A stretch of DNA of 55,768 nt, counting the filler, from Bipalium vagum (lineage: Eukaryota): NCBI GenBank assembly GCA_037834085.1. It is 3 parts of 3 records of this genome, joined end to end, with 100 filler letters (N's around TTAATTAATTAA, not from the genome) between each part and the next. Parts side by side here need not be neighbours in the genome. Positions count along the whole stretch, not along the records: positions 21,398 to 39,540 come from JBBMKC010032897.1; positions 39,641 to 55,768 come from JBBMKC010125731.1; 1 more part is not named here. One strand, written 5' to 3'. Position 1 is the first letter of the stretch. Every line of letters begins with the position of its first letter. Position numbers and translations under genes: made by a program. Positions 38,365 through 50,288 of the stretch are shown here, one piece after another. The notes beneath the pieces were generated by a model. The model was not told where the DNA came from. It worked only from the letters and a program-made list of their open reading frames with translations, and searched no databases.

Positions 38365-39001
38365 CTAAACGTACCATTCTTTAACTTCTTTGCTTTTCTG
38401 GTTTGATATTTTGTTTCGATGCATATAGGTAGCAATTGTTTGCATTGAATTTTCAGAATTCAATAACGCATCATTGCCCAGGCAACATGTGGGGTTCTGG
38501 ACGGTTTTCTCCGTGTTCGGTGACGGAAATAGTTCAATCATATCTTTTTCCAAGGATACTGATTGATCTGAAGTAAAAGACTGAATATCTGGCCGCAGAT
38601 CAAATGCTGATGATCTTTGTTCATATTTGTCAGCTTTAGTTAAGTTATATGAGCCACGATCGCTTCGTTTTCGACAACAGCGACAAATAATACAGAAAGA
38701 TGTAATAACAAACAAAATACTGAAACAAGTAAGAATAATAATAAGAGAACGTTTACTCAAATAATTTGACAACGCGTTAAAACTGTCAAATGTTGATGAA
38801 ACGATCGGCGGATCTGACAGTGGGTAAAAGGATATTGAAGTAATTATTCTAAAGACTATTTTCTATTAAAAGGGTTATCAGTGATCATTACCTGTGATTG
38901 AAAGACTCTGGGATCTCGGATATTCTTGTGGAGCACTGATTGGTTTTCCAATCCTTACATCGACTTTTCTCAGATTCTGAAGGTTCCGTATTCGTACTTT
39001 T
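38365..39001 (-). CDS. Neurexin-like single-pass membrane protein, last two exons (39001-38892, 38848-38365)
   Basis: A 43-nt GT-AG intron joins a Ser/Thr-rich stalk with a Cys pair (CKDWKTNQC) to a TM helix, a juxtamembrane RKRSDRGSY (compare neurexin RNRDEGSY) and a C-terminal PDZ ligand VKEWYV*, as in invertebrate neurexins. Upstream exons were not found. Confidence 0.72.
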
Positions 39002-39444
39002 CTAAAGAAAAAGGTTTTTTATAAGAATCTTTACACATCTTCGATATTTTCAATTTATTTATTTATATTTATTTATTCATTTTTTAAATTTTTTATTATT
39101 TTTAATATTTATTAAATGTATCCAGAAAATGTTATATTGATTAATACAAAATAAGAAAAAAGTCAAACCAAGTTTTATAACTCTTCCAGTTTTATCGTTT
39201 TTCTTTATAATTAAACGAAATAAAAGTTTATTACAATGGTTAAGATCAATACTTAAGAAAGTATTCAGTCTAGATTAACACCAGTTGTTTCCCAAACGAA
39301 ATGTCAGGGAAGTCTCCAATTTTAAAGCGAAAATCTAATTTTTACAATAAGTGGAATAATAAGTCTTTTTTGTTTTAATACTGATGAAGTATTTAACTTC
39401 CAACAATTGTGTTAAGCCTTTATTTCCTGTATTTCATTCAAAAG

Positions 39445-39469
39445 AATAATGATAATAATAATGATAATA

Positions 39470-39540
<71 letters not shown>
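39445..39540 (+). repeat. (AAT/GAT)n microsatellite at a contig end
   Basis: Mixed AAT and GAT units, then pure AAT into the linker gap. Confidence 0.95.
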
Positions 39541-39640
39541 NNNNNNNNNNNNNNNNNNNNNNNNNNNNNNNNNNNNNNNNNNNNTTAATTAATTAANNNN
39601 NNNNNNNNNNNNNNNNNNNNNNNNNNNNNNNNNNNNNNNN
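39541..39640. other. Artificial contig linker: 44N + TTAATTAATTAA + 44N
   Basis: Identical in structure to 21298-21397. Confidence 0.95.
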
Positions 39641-39699
39641 AGTCATGCCTTCATTAAATTAATTGAAAAATATGATTGACCTTATCATTTCTTTACGCG

Positions 39700-40330
39700 C
39701 TATATATATATATATATTATTTGGATTGGCATTAAAATAAGAAATGATATGACTTTTAATAAATTCATTAAAGATATCCGCATTATATGCTCCTTGTTTA
39801 ATTTTATATGACACAATTCTTTTGATATTCATCATATATAATACACTATTGTTTATTTTTCTGTTTGCCGGAACAGTGATATAAGCCTTGGAATTTTTAG
39901 ACGAGTAACCATAAGTTTTACGGGTATGTTCATTACAAATCCTGTTTCATCTAAAAACACTAAATTTGCATCAGAAATCATTCCTATTTCGGCTGCATAG
40001 ATTGCACGAGCATATTTTTTTATTCAGTGTTTCTTTCGATTGGAGCTTGAGTAAGACGTTTTCTAGTAAGATTCATCTTTCTAAATTTTCTGTAAATTGT
40101 TGTTGTGTTGTGCTCGGACAATGGCTTGCAGATCTTTTTGGATATAGCTATTTTCAAACGAAACGGAAGTGAAAATAGTTTGACATTATTTAAAACTAGC
40201 GTTGGTTTCATCATTTTCTAAGTGATTTACCGTATCATGTAACTGATGGTTTTCCTGGGTTTTCGGGGCATAAGTCGTAATTTTTATATGACATATTATT
40301 TAAACAACTTTTTGCACATGCTAAAATGTA
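39700..40330 (-). mobile_element. IS630-like (IS630/Tc1 superfamily) transposase remnant
   Basis: TTIYRKFRKMNLTRKRLTQAPIERNT...RAIYAAEI...NLVFLDETGF/NEHTRKTYGYSSKNSKAYITVPANRKIN...IKQGAYNADIFNEFI, with few disablements. Confidence 0.8.
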
Positions 40331-40493
40331 ATATAATAGGTATAACTTGTAATATTGAACTTTTAAGGTACAAATAATAAATTTTTAAATAAATACAACA
40401 ATAAGATTGAATACATAAAATTATAAGATTGAATAATCCTGATTTAGCAATGATTAAATTCTATTATTTAAATTATTTAAAGTATATATTATA

Positions 40494-41629
40494 CGCGGTG
40501 AGCGCAATAAGTATTTTTACTCGTTTAGAAAAATAAAATAGAAACTAACAATTTTACACAATATACTTTTGTTTATACAGATAAATTAACGATTTCTTGT
40601 TATGAAGGGAATAAATTTCCCTCAAATAATTGCAGAATTGCTTGTTTACCAAAAACATTTACCAATATACAATTGTTGGTAAAATGAATTTCAGGATGGT
40701 AAGACATCTATTTTCTTTGAACAGGGATGAGGGAGATCTCTTGAGAACAATGACAAAATAACTGAAAACATATTATAAATTGCTCAAACCCAACTTAAAA
40801 TGATCATAAGGGAGTTGACATTACATCTAAATATTAGTAAAGGCACTTTTGATTCTTTACTTACATCTTGTAGTGTTCTCGATTTGTGCCGCTCTTTTTG
40901 AATGCTGAAATGTAAGATTATAGTTTTGAGATTTGTCAAGAAAATCTGAATATTGTCGACAGAGTTTGGTTAGGGGTTCTTGGATAATAACATCATGCAG
41001 AACCAAACACCGTTGTTCTTGTATATAATAGAGTATGAGCGAGAGTCTAGAGTTGAAATTTCCTAACGAGTCCAGTTAAAAGAAATTGTGATCAACAACG
41101 GGTGATCAGTTTTTTTTAATGTCCGTCGTTTTGAATGCTAAAGAAATAAGGTTGATCTATTTCATTGAAAGGGAATGAGAATAGATAATTCATATTACTC
41201 AAATCTCGAGCAAAAATAAAGGTATCTACAACGGAAAAGTAGACTACTAAAACTTTATTATCTGCATGACAAAGTTTCAATAAACATTCTACATCCAATA
41301 TCGTGAATTGTGACTTGTAACTGTTAAGACACTGTCCACATCTCTCCCTTTATGACTTTTACGTGTTCAACCACAAAAAGGAGCTTAAGGGGCAAACAGT
41401 ATACTAACAAAGGAGATCTTCCTCGTGTCGTTGAGAAATTGTTAAAGGACAAGCGTCAAGATTTTTAGAAGAAAGCTTTCCTGGATCACTCAGTGGAAAA
41501 GTTGCATGGAACTAAAAGAAAATTATATCGTGAAATATTGTCTATATTGGTTTTATATTTTTTAATCGAAATATAACAATTAATGCCTGTCTTAATATAC
41601 GAGTGACAATACTTACTGAGCGCGCCACG
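40494..41629 (+). mobile_element. Near full-length decayed mariner element with both TIRs
   Basis: Left TA|CGCGGTGAGCGCAATAAGTATTTTTACTCG versus reverse complement of the right end TA|CGTGGCGCGCTCAGTAAGTATTGTCACTCG. Internal HLSLYDFYVFNHKKELKGQ-like motif. Confidence 0.8.
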
Positions 41630-41644
41630 TATTACTCTAGTTAG

Positions 41645-42720
41645 TGTAATATTCATAAATATATTACATTATAATATAAGTATGATTTTAACACTTTACA
41701 AGAATAATAAAAATAAAACCTCTGGCAATATGTGAAAGTATCCTAAAATAATGAAAATTTTTAGACAATCTTTTTTTGTGATTTTTTAAATTTTTATATG
41801 GGACAATCAAGCTAAAGACTGATAAAATTATTATTATTAATTATTAATTATTAAATTATCATTACAAAATTACCAAAAAACAAATAAGGAATTTGTTTAT
41901 AAAATAAATATATAAAATAAAAGTTACCATAAATAGAAATTAATCAACATAAAATAATATGTTTCTAAAAATAGAATTTAGTTAAATAAAATTGAGTTTC
42001 TAAAAAAAAAATTATAGAAAAAAATATATGTATGTAAACCAACAAAAAATAGTTAAAACTGGCACAATAAAATTGCACAAAGAACACAAATAAAGTCTAC
42101 AGAGAGACATTTAAGGCAAACCACGAGTGAAGCAAGATTCCCAAATACAAGACGCTGTAGACAACTAGCAAGTTTTATTTTCTCACTTAGTAAGCTATTT
42201 TCTGTTTAAGTTTTCTAAACTCTGTATGATTATCGTCATAGCAGTTTAATTTATTATATTATCAACTATCCGGTAATCTTTATCGATTGACTTGGTTATA
42301 TTATTAATACACTCTTATAAATAAGTGCTCAAAGTTTTTTCAAGAATCAAATAACGTTTTATTTTTTCCCTTTTTCTTCTTTTTATTTATACAATTTAGC
42401 TGGTAAATTGCTGAAGAGTTTTAAGCATTATACAAAGTTTAAAAAGATTTCTTTACTTGATCATCCCATAAAGAATTCAATTGTAAAAGTAAGATTTTCA
42501 AATAAATATTTTGAAAGCATTTATGTTATCTCAGTTCATTTGAATTTTTATTTGACCGTTTATTTTTTGCATTGTGATAGTAAATTTCAGTTTTTCTACT
42601 TGAAAGTTCATCAGTAAATCCTTCTGATATCAAATATTTTGTTAAGTTATCTAAACGTCGTCCCCAAATCGATTTTCTTACCCCATTTAAAATTATTATT
42701 CACTTTTTAGGAACTTAACA
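41645..42720 (+). mobile_element. Solo LTR related to the LTR at 1-1074
   Basis: Identical terminal 19 nt (ACTTTTTAGGAACTTAACA) and collinear blocks: TAGCTGGTAAA 769/42397, CCTTCTGATA 990/42620, TTTGTTAAGT 1008/42638. No PBS follows. The left end (TGTAAT at 41645) is tentative. Confidence 0.78.
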
Positions 42721-45700
42721 AATAAATCATTTATAAAGTAAATTAATTTGAAAGCGGTAACATTTGACAAAATGTTTTAATGGGTTTTTCTTTATAACAA
42801 AAAGTATATATTAATATTTTTAGAATCAGAATATTTAGAATTAGAATATTTTTTGTAGCGGTTATTTTGAAAAATATTATGATAATTATAATGTTAAAAT
42901 TTTTATCATTTTATTTTTTACTAAGGTATCAAACATTTCTCGACATGCAGAAAAGGTAAATGAAACATCAACCAAAGGAGATATTGTTAAACCCGTTTAC
43001 TGCACAAATTATGAACCATTTGTGATAGTGCTACAGAATTCCAACAGTAGAATTTCCTTAGTAAGGTGTAGTTTGGAAAATTAATTATATCAGGAAGATT
43101 GGGAATTTTTTTCATCAATTGAATATCCTTCAGTGCACCTAAAAACCCCACTATTTCAATCAATATTTTTTGTTACTTCGTCTTAAGGGACAAAATGATT
43201 ATTTTCATTGCACAATTTGACATTTGACGCTAAACCGAGGAAGAATGATATATGCAACATATTAAAAGTAAATTAGGATAAATGATAATTGTCAGAAGTT
43301 CGAATGTCGCAATTCAATAAACAAAGATCATCATCAATCAAATCATATTTATTACCACATTAAAATAAACGAAAAATTATTATTATTACTTTTTCAGATA
43401 CTGTCGAAAAATAGTTATTTATTATTACTTGTATTTTCTTTCATAATATTTTTGTTCAATTAAATTTCTAAATTATTTAATTATTTTAAACTAATTAGAA
43501 GTAATTAATTTTTCAACTTTAATTAATATTTTAAAAAAAATGTTAAAATATAAATGTATATAATATATTTGTGGATTTTATTTTGAAATGACTTTAAAAT
43601 AAGAGAAAAATTTAGTGTGACTTTTTTTCATAAATATTTTATCTCAGATTCTTTAACCATTTATTATCTTCAATCTTAGAAAAATATTTTTCTTGTAAAA
43701 AAGTAAATAAAAGTTCATGATATTTTATATTATTTTTTTGAAAGATTTTACTGCAACGAACTTTTTGTCCCTGTGACAAGAAAAAAATATAATTAAATTT
43801 TAAAAATATTTTTTCACATCTGTCGATTTACTAAAATTATTTTTTTAAAAATATATTACTTTAGATAAAGCAGGAATATTATTTTATTAATTGTACTAAT
43901 ATATTCAGACTTTTTTATCAATACTAAAAACTGATAATAAACGTTTAATTAGATTTTTTATAATTGTAACATTTATTTTTATAATTTATTCTTTATTAGG
44001 AACGCATGGAATTATCGATTTATTAACTGTTATTAATATAATTGAAATCTTCTAAAACTCTTTATAATACTAAAGTGGTAGTTTTCAATATCCTTTGATT
44101 AATACATTTATTTTTCTTCATTATTTTGTCGGCAAAATAGAATCCTTTCATAAAGTTTACTAAATAAATAAATAAAATAACATGATCAATGAACAACAGT
44201 ATCTAACAGTTTTTTTATTAAAGAGACCTAGAAATGTTCGTATGATGAAGACATTGGAAGAATGTCACGAATGGAGTCTTTAATTTTTATATTCTTTTTT
44301 GTCGTTCTTTTGGTTTTCTTTATTGACTTTTTACGGTGGAAAATATAATCACATATGCTTAGTATTAAATATCTATTTGAAATTCTCGTTTACTTATTTC
44401 ACTTTTCATGTATGGTAAATATAAAAAAGAAAAAAATATAAAATATTTCTTCTATATTGGTTGGAAATGAGAAAATCGATTTCAGATAAACGTAACATAG
44501 CCTCACTTGTCGAGTTCGCTAAAGTATGCCTTGGTATGCAAGAAAAATATGGCCTTTACCATTTCGAAGTGCTTTCCACCTTCCACGAGCAGATAAGTAC
44601 CTTTGGACGAACATTTGAAAAATAAATCACTCTCTCAAACTTTAATTTATGACGAGAATTACTTGGTAATCTAATTCAATTAGGAAAAGTTTTGTCCGCA
44701 GGGTTCATTTAAAAATAATATTATGGAGACTTATTAATCACATTAGAATAAATTAGACCAATTTACTATGAACTTTGATCCTATTATATTCATGTTAAAA
44801 ATATGATTTTCAAGAAATAATTTATGTAATTGTTATAATTGATACTGGTAACATGGAAATTATAGCTTGATTATTATGTCTGTTTAAACTGGGATCTATT
44901 GTAAAGCAGTACTTGTTTATGGAATAAAATCCTTATCTGATGATAAGAATTATTTAAATGATAATCATTGTGGTTGTACTTCATATCATTTGAAATATTA
45001 AATAAATTCAGCACAGTTCAAAGATTAAGCACGAAACTTCTCTTATTTATTATTATTACTTAACTCAATGATGTATTATCTTCTAATTTTTTCACTCAGA
45101 TCCTTTCAAAATTACGAATTTTAAAACAAAATAGATTAATATTTAAATTAAAATATAAAATTTAACAAATAATCAATTACTTAAAATAGGGTGCATCTTT
45201 TAGCTAACGAAATTTGGTGTGTTTCATTTCATTTCGTGTACGTAGTATCTGGTTATCCTCTATAATTTCAATGAGCTAGTGTGTCTTATTTGTTTCTTAT
45301 GACATCTAATGACAGTATTTATTTAAAATTAACGCATTAAGTCAGCGGAACAGCAGGAAAATACCGAGTCTTAATTTAGCTTTAGGAATAGGTTCTCAAA
45401 ATTTTTTATAAAAGCCAAATTAAAAAATCAAATGGTACATATGCTTTATTTGCAAATTAAAATTCTCCAAAGAATACTTTCATTTCATCTAAAAAATAAT
45501 CTTTGTATATCAATATCCAAAAATTTTCTAGTACATTCAAATCTTTGATCGACATTTACTTATTATTTTCTTGTGAAGGATTAAATATATGGTTATTGCA
45601 TAAGTCTTCCTATAAATTTGTTAAGCTATTATAATACTTCGTTTTATAATTCTTTTTTGCTTTAAGATTTAAGTTTTAATATCTCTCTATTTTAAAATCA

Positions 45701-45739
45701 TATTTTTATATATTAAATATATTTTGTTATTTTAGATAT

Positions 45740-46130
45740 GGAATTTAATAGAATAGATTTTTAAAAATTAATAATTTTTAGGGATGAATCAAGTAAAAAC
45801 TCCAGATATTGCTAGAAGATTAATTCTGTTTTTGGAGTTGCAATCATTTCAACAAGAAATGTACAAAATTTTATAGTGAAGTTTAGATGTTGGGATTTCA
45901 ATGTCGAGGACAAGGAGCAGCATGGGCGTCCTTGAATATCTATAACTTGGAAGGAAAGATCAATGATTTCCTGCAGAGTAAAAAATAAGCAACATCGAGA
46001 ATAACGAAAGAGAAATTTAATGTAAATCATCCTACAAAAACTATACATTTATGTTAAATGTGGAAGAAATATCTTGTACATAGATGGCTACCACATCTTT
46101 TCACGGATCAAAGCAAACGAAATAGAGCAA
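45740..46130 (+). mobile_element. Mariner transposase N-terminal remnant
   Basis: INSVFGVAIISTRNVQNFIVKFRCWDFNVEDKEQHGRP...RWLPHLFT (WVPHEL-like). Confidence 0.72.
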
Positions 46131-49100
46131 GAAAAGGCTTATTAAAGCCTACTTTCTTATTTTTATAATTCTCAAAGTGTATGATATTGTATTTTATGTT
46201 CGAAAAAATTATTAATTAAACTTAATTATTAATATTTAGGATTATAAATAAATAATAAGATAAAATAAAATATATAAAAAGTGAATTTAAAATATTAATT
46301 AAAAATATAACCCGCATAATTAATTACCGAACTTTCCATAAATAAATGACGTGGGAGTAGAGTTACTAAAAATAGAAACTTCTATAATATAAGAACTTAC
46401 TTAAAATAGTAACCACATACGCATAATTAAAAAGTTTTGGTTTATCATTGAAAATGTTCAATTGGAGCAGTGACCAATAATTGGATATTTTTATAATACA
46501 TTTTTGGTAAAATTTAATATAAATAAAATAATAAAAAACAATATTGCAAAATATTAATTTTTAGATGTGGTTAAATTTATAGTTTTTGTATTCAAAAAAA
46601 TATTTTCAAAGATGAAGACATTAAATGATATCAGGAAAATGAAAGAACATAACGGATGATAATAAAAAATATTATTTTCTATAATAATAATAATAATTGT
46701 ACTACTTACAAAAGGAGTGGATATTATTAATACAATTTATCGCAATTTTTGCTATTCTGAAAAAAGTATTGATTTCAAAAAAATATTGCGGTTTTTTTAC
46801 AAAAGTGTGGAATCATTTTAAAATTATTTATTATAATAGTATAAAATTATTCGAAGTGAAATAATAATTTAAGTGCTAATAAATTTTAATTATACTTATT
46901 TTACACAAATGATCGAAATAAATTGACCAAAAATAAATTACTATTTGGAAAAGTATTAATCACATTGTTATATGTAAAATCGAAGATTTTAGACCTTTGA
47001 AAGGTTTATAAACATAAAATTGTATTCTTAATTAAACCTCTATTTGACGTAAAAATTTTTTTTCTTTGAATTTCAACTTCACCGTAATCAGTTTTTATCA
47101 ATAAAACCAATAAATCTATCGAAAAGACATTTTAATGATTTCGTTTGATCCCCAAATAATTATTTATTTAATATAAAGAAAAAATATCTTAAAATATATT
47201 TATAATATTCATAAATATTAAACAGTTTTTTGTTCATGTAAAAAATAAGTTTTTAAATGTACTATATCGGCCATACAAAACAATGAACTTCGTACAATGT
47301 TTTAATTAACAAAAAGATAAATAACAAGGAAACATTGTGAAGTTCGAAATAAGTTTAAAGGGTGTGAGATTTGTTAATTTATTTCATTATTATTTATTAT
47401 TAATACTTATTGAATGTGAGATTTTGTTATGTTTTAACGAGATTTAAGGGTTGGAATTTAGATGTCTCCAGTTATTTTCAATAATAATATAAGTTCAGTA
47501 TTTGCGTGCATCCATATTTATTTGTAAAATTCTTTAAGGTGTAAAATAAAGTCTCCGGTTCTTTAGATTCAAAACTTTTGACAAAATTCACAAATTTCGA
47601 CAATGGACGTTGAATCATTGACGACTTTTAATAACAATTTTACTTTGTTTAAGTATAAACAATGTTCGCAATCACAAAATTTATTAATATTAATAATAAA
47701 AATATTATTAAAAATTATAATTACTATTATCGCTGTTATTGTCATTATCATTATTAATGAAAGTTAATCACTGATACCAGGTTTGAAACCTTTTAATAAT
47801 GTTAAAACCCTTATCAAAAATGACAATTATCTTAGCAAAACAGGGCCTGATATTTTTTCGCGTGGTATTTCTAAAATTAAAGTTGAAAAATATAAAATTT
47901 TAATGGAATAGTTTATTGTGACTTAAACTAGATTAATAAAAATATAATTTTTGAAAATAATAATTAAAATTGACTTATTAAAACTTTTTGAAGATTTTAA
48001 ATGGGTAAAATAATCATAATAGATAATTAATAGTAAATATACATGACATTGCTTTACCTTCAGAAATACTAAATTCCATGAAAATTTATTTTATCTTTTA
48101 ATCCAGAAATGAAAAAAAATTTGAAATATTTATAGTCGAAATTCAATTATAATTAAGTAATTCAAACAAATTTTTATAATTTTAATTCTATATATTTTGA
48201 TTTCATTAAAATATTTTTGAATTTTAAACTGGAATAAGTAATATATTGTAAAATCTTTATAAATGAAATAAAATTCAGATAAAATTGTATTTTTTAATAA
48301 GAAAATCAATGTAGTATAAGAACTTGTGAAATGAACAAAATTAAAGTTTTTAACATTACAACAACTATTAAATTAGAATAATTAATTAATTTAATATTTA
48401 TTAACCAATACATAAAATTAATCATCACCTGTATTCATTTGGATTAGAAATATATTGGAAATGGTAATAAAATTATTTTATTTTATACATTGGTAGTCAA
48501 ACAGTGAAATGTTAAGCATGGAAGAACAATGTTATGTTTTGGAATATAAATCCAAAGTCGAACTCAAAATATTGGTGAGACAATGTAAACAATGAAGGGA
48601 GAATAACCATCGAAAATAAAGAAACGTTTCAAAATTTTCGCAAGAAAGGCTGAAACAAAATAGAAATTCGGATGACAAAATACCATAAATCTTGATGGGT
48701 CGAAAAAGTCTCTAGAAACTATGTACTTAAAATATTTGAGAAAACAGGAGAACAGAGATGCTAAGATTATACAAATACAATATATATCTGGTACGACAAT
48801 GACTTATTTTGACATGAGTTAAGTATTAATTGATCGATTTATTGTTTTCAACTCAATGGAATTACTTGGAAGACCCATTCGGAAACCCAAAGGTTGATTT
48901 ATTTGAAAAAGAAAGAAATATTGAATATTAAATGTCCAGATAAAATAAATTTGGTCCGTGGTTTAAATAGTTGTATAGAGATAGATTTAAAATAATAAAT
49001 TCAAACAAATGGTCGGTAATTGAATTTATTGTTTTATTTTATGTTAAAAAATTAAGAAAAGAAAACGCACCATAATGATTAATTTGATTTAAGTGAAGAG

Positions 49101-49259
49101 TAAAAGTAAGTTTTGAACGGAAATTAGTGCTTTTTGTAAAATGTGGATTTATTATTAAAATCAAAGGGATTAACAGTTTACGTTTGCAAAATTAACACTA
49201 AGTGTGACTAAAATATGGAGAGAACTTATTTCCATTTTTATTTTCAAGAATCTTAAATC

Positions 49260-49720
49260 TATTAGCATGATCATTTCCTATATCAGATATTAAATAACTT
49301 GCTCAATCCATTCTTATTTCCAAACGCCTTTCCATGATAAAAATATTTTATCGAGGTTAACTGTTCTTTTACTAATATTCAGTGCAATATCACACCATAC
49401 CACCAAGTATCTACTCTTTGACCTATACATTGCAAAATCTCTCTACTGAAATATAAATGAAAATTGAAATTCGAAATCGAAACACAATCTAATCAATCAT
49501 TAAATGTTTTTTTACCCAGGTCTTCCTCAAGGTTTCACTGGATATTTTCTTCATCTTTATTACAACCAGACTTCTTTGTAATTAATATTAATCCATATAA
49601 CCAGTTATTATATTATGGCATTGACGTTGATCCAAAAACATTGATTGTGACCTTGCTTGTGAAATTGAGTTCTATTCAGATATTATTTTATTGTGATTTG
49701 AAGACATTGTATTTTTGTTG
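49260..49720 (-). mobile_element. Highly decayed mariner core remnant
   Basis: FLDQ..NIITG..YKEVWL...LGKKTF, a weak iTgDEkW...W...KK.M pattern. Confidence 0.42.
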
Positions 49721-50288
49721 TTTATGACTAATGTGTTTTTGTGTTGAAAATCAAAAGTCTTGTGATTAATTTGATTCATGCAATAAAACTGATTTTGGTT
49801 ATTTTGTTTCACGAACATAACTAGTGAGTAGTCAATAAAAATATATCATATAGTCAGACCCTTCGTATAATAGTAAAAATTATTTTTATAATACATAAAT
49901 ACCTTTTTCTTAGAAAACTGGTTTTCCCAAGAGTCCAGTACGACTCAAATTTGATATAATATTTCTATTTTATTTAATTGAAAATAAATTAAATTATTGT
50001 AGAAATATTAATAAGTAAAATGATAATCCCAGACTAATTTGAGACTATTAACACAGGGTCATTAGATCTACTACGATCTTGTTTGAATTATTATTATGTA
50101 TTTAAAATATGAAAGACAACTTTTATGAAACAAACAAAATAATAAGATTAATTTTTATTTATGTTCCATGAAAAACATTTTTATACTTTATTTTCAAAAT
50201 ATTGATTTTCATAATATCAGAAATATAATCTGATAAAAATATTGATCGAAAATACTTATTTGAAAAAAGGTAGCATAATCGGATTTTT

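Noticed and set aside
1-42720. Idea that the two LTRs bound one giant 42-kb element carrying host genes
   Set aside because: The LTRs are strongly diverged, there is no polypurine tract before the second, and two artificial contig linkers lie between them.
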